From: Escherichia phage vB_EcoM_ESCO50
Sequence record: OM386664.1
DNA: 64,000 nucleotides
Strand: one strand, 5' to 3'
How positions within the stretch are numbered: position 1 is the first letter of the stretch; the number at the start of each line of letters is the position of its first letter. The notes beneath the pieces were generated by a model. That model was not told where the DNA came from. It was given only the letters and a program-made list of their open reading frames with translations, and ran no database searches. This document shows positions 56,942-64,000 of this stretch, in pieces. The translations under genes were made by a program, and so were the position numbers.

Positions 56942-58067
56942 AGCAAAGACTTACCCAGACTTCAAAGAGTTTGTGAATGGCTTCGTTGCAAATGTAAAGG
57001 CTGGTAAGAGATATGATTTTAGAACATATCAGGAGGCTATTTTACCGCTTACCTATAGTTCATATTGGCCTGAAGCTGATATTGCAGAAGTTGAGGAATT
57101 TGACTACGAGCCAGACTACAAAGTTCCATTTAGTGATGAGTTGCTTTACAGCATCGGTGCTCAAATGAGGACTTCTGACTTCTTCATGGACTTACAATAT
57201 GCAATTATCAATGATAAAGATGTTGATACGGTTTATTGTGAATGGTTGGCAAGAGTTAAACCATTCTCAATGCTGAATGCTAAGTTGAAGGATGCTATCA
57301 AGCCACCAGTAATCACTCAGCAGCCAACCAATCAAACAGTAAATGAAGGTGCTACACTTACCCTAAGTGTTGTTGCAACGAATGCTACTGGATATCAATG
57401 GAAAAAGGATGGTGAGGATATCACTAGTGCCACATCTGCAACCTACACCAAAGAAAGTGCAACCACTGCTGATGCTGGTTCTTATACTTGTGTTGTGTCT
57501 GGAGAGGCTGGTACAAGTGTTACCTCAGATGCGGCAACAGTTACTGTCAACGCACTGCCTGTGATTACACAGCAACCTTCTAGCCAGACCATCAATGAGG
57601 GTGGAAACATCAGCTTGGAAGTGACTGCAACAGGTGCAACAGGCTATCAGTGGAAGAAAGATGGTTCTGACATTCCTTCGGCTACAGAGGCTACCTATAG
57701 CAAGTCTGGTGCGCTTCCAGCAGATGCAGGTTCATATACTTGCGTTGTAACAGGTGCAGGTGGTTCTGTGGAATCTGATGCTGCAACAGTTACTGTGAAC
57801 GCACTTCCAGTAATCACTCAACAGCCAACCAATCAAGAAATCACTGAAGGTGATACCTTAACGCTGAATGTTGTGGCAACTGGTGCAACAGGCTACCAGT
57901 GGAAGAAAGGTGAGGAAGACATCCTCGATGCAACTGCTGCAACTTACACCAAAGAAGGTGCAACCGCTGCTGATGCAGGAAGCTACACTTGTGTAGTTAC
58001 TGGTGCAGGTGGCTCTGTAACATCTAATGCAGCAACAGTTACAGTTAACCCAGCAGGGGAGGCATAA
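56934..58067 (+). CDS. Protein with N-terminal paralogous domain plus three tandem Ig-like domains
   Basis: Three ~83-aa repeats each containing PVITQQP...GYQWKK(D)G...AGSYTCVV...ATVTVN, an Ig-like (I-set-type) pattern. Confidence 0.65.
   Translation: MIKAKTYPDFKEFVNGFVANVKAGKRYDFRTYQEAILPLTYSSYWPEADIAEVEEFDYEPDYKVPFSDELLYSIGAQMRTSDFFMDLQYAIINDKDVDTVYCEWLARVKPFSMLNAKLKDAIKPPVITQQPTNQTVNEGATLTLSVVATNATGYQWKKDGEDITSATSATYTKESATTADAGSYTCVVSGEAGTSVTSDAATVTVNALPVITQQPSSQTINEGGNISLEVTATGATGYQWKKDGSDIPSATEATYSKSGALPADAGSYTCVVTGAGGSVESDAATVTVNALPVITQQPTNQEITEGDTLTLNVVATGATGYQWKKGEEDILDATAATYTKEGATAADAGSYTCVVTGAGGSVTSNAATVTVNPAGEA
57304..58053 (+). repeat. Three tandem ~250-bp near-identical coding repeats (Ig-like domain units)
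   Basis: Repeat starts near 57304, 57553 and 57805. Confidence 0.7.
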
Positions 58068-58531
58068 TGCAACTCTCAAGAAAAGGTTTAGAAGCTATTA
58101 AGTTCTTTGAAGGTCTTAAGCTAGAGGCTTACGAAGATTCTGCTGGAATCCCCACAATTGGGTACGGAACAATTCGTATTTCTGACAAACCTGTTAAGAT
58201 GGGTATGAAGATTACCGCTGAACAAGCTGAACAGTATCTTCTCGCAGATGTTGAAAAGTTCGTTGCAGCAGTGAACAAATCCATCAAGGTTCCAACTTCT
58301 CAGAATGAGTTTGATGCACTTGTAAGTGAAACATACAACATTGGCATCACAGCCATGCAGGACTCTACGTTTATCAAGCGCCACAATGCTGGTAATAAGG
58401 TCGGTTGTGCAGAAGCTATGCAGTGGTGGAACAAGGTTACAGTCAAAGGTAAGAAGGTCACTTCAAACGGTCTTAAAAACAGACGTAGAATGGAAGCTGA
58501 CATTTATCTTGACAGTGTATACCCAAAGTAA
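58067..58531 (+). CDS. Endolysin, GH24 (T4 e-type) lysozyme
   Basis: FEGLKLEAYEDSAGIPTIGYGT catalytic-region signature (Glu, Asp, TIGxG); 154 aa. Confidence 0.85.
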   Translation: MQLSRKGLEAIKFFEGLKLEAYEDSAGIPTIGYGTIRISDKPVKMGMKITAEQAEQYLLADVEKFVAAVNKSIKVPTSQNEFDALVSETYNIGITAMQDSTFIKRHNAGNKVGCAEAMQWWNKVTVKGKKVTSNGLKNRRRMEADIYLDSVYPK

Positions 58532-58542
58532 TATCTTCATAG

Positions 58543-58558
58543 GCTCCTTCGGGAGCCT
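58543..58558 (+). terminator. Rho-independent terminator (ggctcc-ttcg-ggagcc + tttttatttt)
   Basis: Directly after lysozyme stop. Confidence 0.6.
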
Positions 58559-58581
58559 TTTTATTTTCTAAGGAGAAAACT

Positions 58582-58980
58582 ATGAAACTTTGGGCTAGTG
58601 ACTTTGGAACTTTTAAGTACACTCGTGATGGTTCAATGGTGAGGATTATTGGCAGCCAGATTGTAGTAAGTGGTGATGAGGTTTGTACAAAGTTCACTGT
58701 AGAGTTAGCTGAACTATCACCTATTACCCGTGCTAAGAATGGGTTTTTCAGGTTCGAGATTTACAAAGTAGATGAGTACGGTCGGTTCAACCCTCTTGGA
58801 GAGAGTGGATTAGATATTATTTCTGAACACCCATTGACAGCAGAGCAATTGTCAGGTTATTATAAAACCCTACTTGAAAGAGAGTTAGCAACACACGAGT
58901 GTGAAGCAAAATATCACATAGAGCGTTGTGAAACACTCAAAGAAAAGATAAAACTAGCAGAGAGAGGTTTTTATGAATAA
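58582..58980 (+). CDS. Hypothetical protein (132 aa)
   Basis: ORF track. Confidence 0.45.
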   Translation: MKLWASDFGTFKYTRDGSMVRIIGSQIVVSGDEVCTKFTVELAELSPITRAKNGFFRFEIYKVDEYGRFNPLGESGLDIISEHPLTAEQLSGYYKTLLERELATHECEAKYHIERCETLKEKIKLAERGFYE

Positions 58981-59368
58981 TAACAGTCATATTCACGTTA
59001 AAGTTGATGTCAGCCGTTACAGCGAAAATGAGGAACTAGACCTGCAAGATGCTATTCTATTTGAGAAGAATGGTAATCTCCATCTGCACTTCGAAGGTAC
59101 AAACACATATCTCCACAGATGTCGAGATGATGCAGATGGTTGCCCTGTTTTTGCTTGGTATAATTTAGAGTTCCCTCTTTACGCAATCCACTACCCAGAT
59201 GGTGGAGAAGACTGGACAACTCAGTCAATTTTTGATGAGCTTAACGGTGTTCCGGTTGAGCAAGAAGAGCAAGAGCCTGTTGAACTGACCTTCACCTTCG
59301 TCAAAGAAGAAACGGTTGGTGATTTGTCAGTAACTGAAGCTATTCAGGTAACACAGGTTATTCGTTAA
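58973..59368 (+). CDS. Hypothetical protein (131 aa)
   Basis: ORF track. Confidence 0.45.
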   Translation: MNNNSHIHVKVDVSRYSENEELDLQDAILFEKNGNLHLHFEGTNTYLHRCRDDADGCPVFAWYNLEFPLYAIHYPDGGEDWTTQSIFDELNGVPVEQEEQEPVELTFTFVKEETVGDLSVTEAIQVTQVIR

Positions 59369-59661
59369 TGAGTAAAGTACAGGTTGTTTTCCCTATTTGT
59401 GACTTCTCACTAGAGCGTGAACTTGACCTGTACGAAGAAATTACTGACGAAATTATCTGGTCTGTTGTAGAAGAGGCTATCAAGAAGCTGTATGGTGGCC
59501 TCTTAAACCCATCAAGTAAGAAGTTAAGCACTAAGCAAGTAGCTGACCCATATGTTTCATACGATGCCTACAACAAACCTTTTGAGAATACCTGCTTTGA
59601 CCTTATGGTAGGCAATAACAAAGTCAACTATTTCTTCGTCAGAGAGTTTAACGATGAGTAA
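59368..59661 (+). CDS. Hypothetical protein (97 aa)
   Basis: ORF track. Confidence 0.45.
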   Translation: MSKVQVVFPICDFSLERELDLYEEITDEIIWSVVEEAIKKLYGGLLNPSSKKLSTKQVADPYVSYDAYNKPFENTCFDLMVGNNKVNYFFVREFNDE

Positions 59662-59998
59662 GCTCCATGTCACAGTGTACAAAAACTTCTCAGATATTAA
59701 AGAGTCTTTAACAAATAAGCTTGACTTACAACGTAAAAGGCTCTTTTTAATGTACGATATCGACAACTACGACCATCCTAAAGAGTTTAACTACAAAGGT
59801 GGTACAAAGGTTGTTGAATTTGAAGACTCTGTGACGGTGTATGTCAAGCATGACTTACCAGCAAAGGACATAGGGATGTTAGAGTATTACATATTCAAAC
59901 ATACTGGTATGCGTGGTGAATCTGTTAAGATATCTTCTATAGAAGTTTTTGAGAAACCTAACACACAACTTAAAAAGTATTTAATGAGGAAACTGTAA
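59654..59998 (+). CDS. Hypothetical protein (114 aa)
   Basis: ORF track. Confidence 0.45.
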   Translation: MSKLHVTVYKNFSDIKESLTNKLDLQRKRLFLMYDIDNYDHPKEFNYKGGTKVVEFEDSVTVYVKHDLPAKDIGMLEYYIFKHTGMRGESVKISSIEVFEKPNTQLKKYLMRKL

Positions 59999-60579
59999 TG
60001 TCCGAAGAGCAACAGGATATCATTCCACAAGTAACACTGGTACAACATTTTGGAAATATTGAAGGGTGTATTGCACTTTTTCAACCAAGTATCAACTCTC
60101 CTGCAAAAGTTTGCAAGTTGACTATGAATGTTAACAATATCAGTGTTTGCCTTGTGGAAGAAGTTCAATATTTCAAGTTTAACGACAGAGAGGTTGACGC
60201 TGCACTATTGAAGTATCGAGCAAACCTCGAAAAAGATATTGACCACAAAGAACTTGTAACACTATTTGGTGACCTTCACAAGCTTCTTGAAAAGGTTATG
60301 AAACGCACATACTACATGAACAACGGTTCAATCATCACCACTTTGATTTCACCATGTATTTCAGAGCCAATTTTAACTGATGACGGTGGATACTACGTGG
60401 TAGCATCAGCAGATTCTGATTGGTGGATGAAGAACACAGCACTTAAAACAGTGATTGATGCTATCAGAGAACACATCCCTACATTTAGTCCGTGGAAGGG
60501 TAAAAGTGACGATTTCATTGCACTGTTGAGTGAAGAGAGTAACAAGCGCAGTGCATTGCTGCCTAAAAAATACTCTTGA
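59998..60579 (+). CDS. Hypothetical protein (193 aa)
   Basis: ORF track. Confidence 0.45.
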   Translation: MSEEQQDIIPQVTLVQHFGNIEGCIALFQPSINSPAKVCKLTMNVNNISVCLVEEVQYFKFNDREVDAALLKYRANLEKDIDHKELVTLFGDLHKLLEKVMKRTYYMNNGSIITTLISPCISEPILTDDGGYYVVASADSDWWMKNTALKTVIDAIREHIPTFSPWKGKSDDFIALLSEESNKRSALLPKKYS

Positions 60580-60612
60580 CCGAGTATACAATATTGACTA
60601 TGATGGGAGCTA

Positions 60613-61197
60613 TTGAGAGATAGTTCCCTTTTTAGTTTCTGGAGAATAGATATGGCTAAAGTGAAAGAACACGATAAAATTATTTTGTATGTTAAACAGA
60701 GTCCTTCAAAGAGTGTTGAGGCTGTTGTAACACACATCTCACACAATGGAACAGTTTATTTTCGACCACTGAAGAACTTAGACTTTGACACAACACCAAA
60801 CCACACATTCAGTTCTCCTGCAAGACTGTGTGCAGGGATTGTATACTCAACCGCTGAGATTGAGTCCTTATCTTTCACAGGTGCTTACAAAAACTTTATA
60901 GGGATTGCTTTAAAGGACTCTGAGGAATCTTTTAAATTCTTCATAGAGACCAATAAAGGTTGTTACGCACATGTTATGCCAGTCTATAAGAAAGTTGACA
61001 CAGAACTTACAAGCAAGTGCGAAGAGCTTAGTAGTGACCTGAAGGAGCGTAAAACAGCTATTCAGAATGCCATTTACATCATTGAGAGGAACCACTTAGA
61101 AGTTCTTTTCAGAGATATGCTAAAAGCAGGGTTTACCCCAAACGAAATTACAAGAGAAACACAACGCCAGTTCAGAAATGCTATGGTGAAAGAATGA
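60613..61197 (+). CDS. Hypothetical protein (194 aa)
   Basis: ORF track. Confidence 0.45.
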   Translation: MRDSSLFSFWRIDMAKVKEHDKIILYVKQSPSKSVEAVVTHISHNGTVYFRPLKNLDFDTTPNHTFSSPARLCAGIVYSTAEIESLSFTGAYKNFIGIALKDSEESFKFFIETNKGCYAHVMPVYKKVDTELTSKCEELSSDLKERKTAIQNAIYIIERNHLEVLFRDMLKAGFTPNEITRETQRQFRNAMVKE

Positions 61198-61412
61198 AAA
61201 AATTAACTACAGTTGAAGATTACTACAAAATGTCCTTGTTAGAACAGTATCGCAGAAGCCAGAATATCAGAAAATGCTATGGTAGACACACTGAATGTGA
61301 CTTTTACCATTGCTATGATGCAGATTTAAAAGGTGTAACACCTAGAGGTAAAGTCCTACATAGGCTTGTTGACCTTGAATGGGACAAACGATTGAGAGGG
61401 GTTGGGGAATGA
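61194..61412 (+). CDS. Small Cys/His-rich protein (72 aa)
   Basis: CYGRHTECDFYHCYD cluster, possible metal-binding. Confidence 0.4.
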   Translation: MKKLTTVEDYYKMSLLEQYRRSQNIRKCYGRHTECDFYHCYDADLKGVTPRGKVLHRLVDLEWDKRLRGVGE

Positions 61413-61912
61413 TTTACGAAGAAAGATACAAGATAGATTACCAGAAGACTGGTCATCATGTCTCCCTAAGAGTAACAAAACCGAATGGAGATACCGGTAT
61501 CATAGCACATTTTGGTGGTGATTATTGGTACGGTACAGGTTGCTTTGAAGGCTACAGTCAAGAATACTTGAAAGCTTTCTACAGAGACTTTACAAACGAC
61601 TACAACAGGGTTGTTGACGAAAAGAACAAGTGTATCAAGCATGAACACCGTGCCAGAGGCTGCCTAAGTATTGCTATGGTACTGGCGTTCTTCTTAGCAA
61701 TGTTACTGACAGTATCAGTAATCAGTTGTATAGCTCAAGACTTGACCATTACACAGATTACTGCAAAGCTACATGATATCTGGTACTTGTATGTTGTTCC
61801 TTTAGCTGGTATCATCATCTCACTAATGAGGTTCAGAGTTCATAAGAAACGACTTAAGGACTCTGAAGTTAAACTTGAAGAGGTAAGTAAAGAATGCAAC
61901 CTACAATTATAG
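61379..61912 (+). CDS. Membrane protein (177 aa) with two hydrophobic segments
   Basis: LSIAMVLAFFLAMLLTVSVISCIA and YLYVVPLAGIIISL. Confidence 0.45.
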   Translation: MGQTIERGWGMIYEERYKIDYQKTGHHVSLRVTKPNGDTGIIAHFGGDYWYGTGCFEGYSQEYLKAFYRDFTNDYNRVVDEKNKCIKHEHRARGCLSIAMVLAFFLAMLLTVSVISCIAQDLTITQITAKLHDIWYLYVVPLAGIIISLMRFRVHKKRLKDSEVKLEEVSKECNLQL

Positions 61913-61988
61913 CTTTATATGTTCGTTTTGCAATCGCTGAAATGATTAACAAGGCAATCTTAAAAGACGCCTATGGAGAGACTAAGTA

Positions 61989-62213
61989 ATGATTAAGACA
62001 CCTGTACCAATTTTTGGATTTCCTTCTATAGAAGAATTTAAAGTTTATCTTGACAAAAACTTCTACAATGAGCAGCCTGTAACGCTTCTGAAGAGTGACT
62101 TATCAGAGCTTCTTGATATGATTATCAAGGTAACTCCTGAGAAGGAACCTGAACAGAAAGCTGAGAAGAAGACTAGTAAGAAATCCGATAAGAAGACTGA
62201 AAAGTCTGAGTAA
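61989..62213 (+). CDS. Hypothetical protein (74 aa), lysine-rich C-terminus
   Basis: ORF track. Confidence 0.4.
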   Translation: MIKTPVPIFGFPSIEEFKVYLDKNFYNEQPVTLLKSDLSELLDMIIKVTPEKEPEQKAEKKTSKKSDKKTEKSE

Positions 62214-62265
62214 TAACTTAGGGGTTACTTGATAGCCCCTTTGTAGAAACTTAGAAGGTAGCGAA

Positions 62266-62676
62266 ATGAAAATTAAAGAAGTCGTTCAAAAAGCAATGCT
62301 TGACAACTCAACTAAAGATGAAATGTACAACGATATTTGTGATAAGTTGAATTGCTCAAGACATGCTGCTAAGGTTCTTGTACATTGTTTTATCTGGGAA
62401 TGCTCAGAAGCTGGTGAGAAGCTAGAAGAACCTGAAGTGAAAACAGTCCCTAAAGTTGGTAATGTATACCGTCTTAAAGACTTCAAGACTGGAAAGATTG
62501 TTGCAAAAGGTGTAGTAGAATCTGTTTATCATGATGGTAAATACTTACTTAAAATATTTGAGTATGATAGTCGCTATACACACTTGTGTGGTCTTACATT
62601 CTTAGTAACAGAAGAAGACCTCATTAAAAACAATGACAACAAGTTTGCAGTACCAGACTTCCAAGTTTTACGATAA
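62266..62676 (+). CDS. Hypothetical protein (136 aa)
   Basis: ORF track. Confidence 0.45.
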   Translation: MKIKEVVQKAMLDNSTKDEMYNDICDKLNCSRHAAKVLVHCFIWECSEAGEKLEEPEVKTVPKVGNVYRLKDFKTGKIVAKGVVESVYHDGKYLLKIFEYDSRYTHLCGLTFLVTEEDLIKNNDNKFAVPDFQVLR

Positions 62677-63238
62677 TGGTGTGATAGCTATGGAAAAAGA
62701 TAACTTAAAAGAAGTTGAAGGTAACTACCTAGTCCTTGACTGGAGTGATATTCGAGAAGCATTATCTAAAGAAAGCCTTGACATACTGGAGCAGCTTGTC
62801 TTCTCAGTACGACATATCAGAGAAGTTGAAAATGGTAAAGAGCCACTTGAAGGAATCTTTGTAGAGAAGTCTTATCCGTTCTATGAAGATACTTTACAGA
62901 AAGTTAAAATGTACTTTAAACAGAAGAACCGTAAAGTGGTCACTATGGTATCTCTTGGTGGACAGAGTATGTCTGTGATGGAAGATATCAATCCTAAGAG
63001 ACCAAGTAAGGGTGTCTGTATAAAAATCACAGGGCATGAAGAGTATATCTCAATTGATGATTTTAGTGCACTCTGTAATGGTTCTGCTGTCTTTAATGGG
63101 TTTCACTATGATATCCGAGTGTATCCAATCAAGGGAGATGCTGTTATGATGCAGATATTCGATATCAATGGTGGATTTACTCATTTTTATCAGACAACCA
63201 AGTCATCATTGAAGACAGTTTTAGAAAGTCTGATTTAA
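62633..63238 (+). CDS. Hypothetical protein (201 aa)
   Basis: ORF track. Confidence 0.45.
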   Translation: MTTSLQYQTSKFYDNGVIAMEKDNLKEVEGNYLVLDWSDIREALSKESLDILEQLVFSVRHIREVENGKEPLEGIFVEKSYPFYEDTLQKVKMYFKQKNRKVVTMVSLGGQSMSVMEDINPKRPSKGVCIKITGHEEYISIDDFSALCNGSAVFNGFHYDIRVYPIKGDAVMMQIFDINGGFTHFYQTTKSSLKTVLESLI

Positions 63239-63250
63239 AATATCTTAAGA

Positions 63251-63275
63251 GCCTCCTTAATTGGGGGCTTTTTAT
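63251..63275 (+). terminator. Terminator-like hairpin (gcctcc...gggggc with one G-U) followed by ttttttatt
   Basis: Directly after last plus-strand gene. Confidence 0.45.
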
Positions 63276-63299
63276 TGAGTAAAATTTACGAAATTTATA

Positions 63300-64000
63300 A
63301 TTTTTATAAAATTTTATCGGTTGTCCCAACCTCTGGGTCACCATCATATGTGAATAAAATATCTATCCTTCTTAACAACCTTCTTAATCTTACTCTCTAT
63401 ATATAGTTATATAGTATTATATAGTATCTTAGTAACTATCTAGTGGTCTTAATAGCCTCTCTGTATAACCCTTCTAACAAGCCCTCTAACAAGCCTTCTT
63501 AACAGCCTATACAATCACCTTAACCATCCCTCTACACCCTCTTAGAAGCTCCTATACACCTCTTAATCTCTAGGTAAGCTATGACACTCTCTATAGGTGT
63601 TCACTAGGCACTACTAAGCCTCTATATAGACTGTTTTAACAAACTTAACAGGAATATCTTTACAGACCTTATCTCACAAGGTCTAACACGGTACTAACAA
63701 GGTATCTTATAAGCCTGTTTCTACCTGTATTTTAGAAAGACTGTATAGGTAATTATTCAGAATCTAAAAATTTTTATAAAATAGGACTATCAAGTCATTT
63801 TTTAGGGTCTTTGAAGGAACTGAAAAATATCTGATTAGGATGTATATCTGCTTGGTAGCCCTTAACAGCCCTGTAACATCCCCTTTGCAAAATTTTAAAA
63901 TATCATTAACAAACTCTTAACAGTTCTCACATCTTTTTAACATCTCTTCAGAGGTCTTAACAGATTCTTAACAGTTTTAACAAGAGGGTAACAGTTTCTT
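63300..64000. repeat. Non-coding, G-poor region with multiple short direct repeats (atatagt x3, ctctaacaagcc x3, many TTAACAG copies)
   Basis: No ORF of 60 aa or more on either strand; strong plus-strand G depletion; repeats read directly. Confidence 0.6.

Noticed and set aside
63399-63507. Short direct repeats as a CRISPR array
   Set aside because: Repeat units are only 7-12 nt with no regular unique spacers and no cas genes.

Overview
The window reads as a ~64 kb stretch of a virulent, low-GC tailed phage genome with a contractile tail. Overall gene content (family A DNA polymerase plus HNH endonuclease, primase-helicase, class I and class III ribonucleotide reductases, thymidylate synthase, dihydrofolate reductase, dNMP kinase, large tRNA array) resembles Felix-O1-type myoviruses; this is from memory of gene content, not a database search. 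Everything below was parsed by eye from the sequence and ORF track; no tools were run, so all tRNA boundaries and anticodons need tRNAscan-SE/ARAGORN confirmation. Layout: (1) 1-14849, minus strand: replication and nucleotide metabolism (nrdD partial, glutaredoxin, nrdB, nrdA, FEN-type exonuclease, SSB-like protein, primase-helicase, dNMP kinase). (2) 15107-25335, plus strand: DNA polymerase, HNH endonuclease, ligase-like enzyme, small early-type genes, DHFR, thymidylate synthase. (3) 25379-48901, minus strand: structural module from tail fibres through baseplate, tape measure, chaperones with a -1 frameshift site, tube, sheath, capsid, protease, portal to large terminase. (4) 49331-53276, minus strand: at least 17 tRNA genes plus structured non-tRNA spacers. 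(5) 53441-54856: a vWA/MIDAS protein. (6) 55538-63238, plus strand: small genes, an Ig-like tandem-repeat protein and a GH24 lysozyme. (7) 63240-64000: G-poor non-coding region full of short direct repeats. Most interesting candidates for something undescribed: a possible Ro60-like vWA protein with a Y-RNA-like inverted-repeat element in the tRNA array; three copies of a composite intergenic element (conserved motif, GGT-rich tract, covarying hairpin); and three tRNAs carrying leucine anticodons on a short-variable-arm scaffold.
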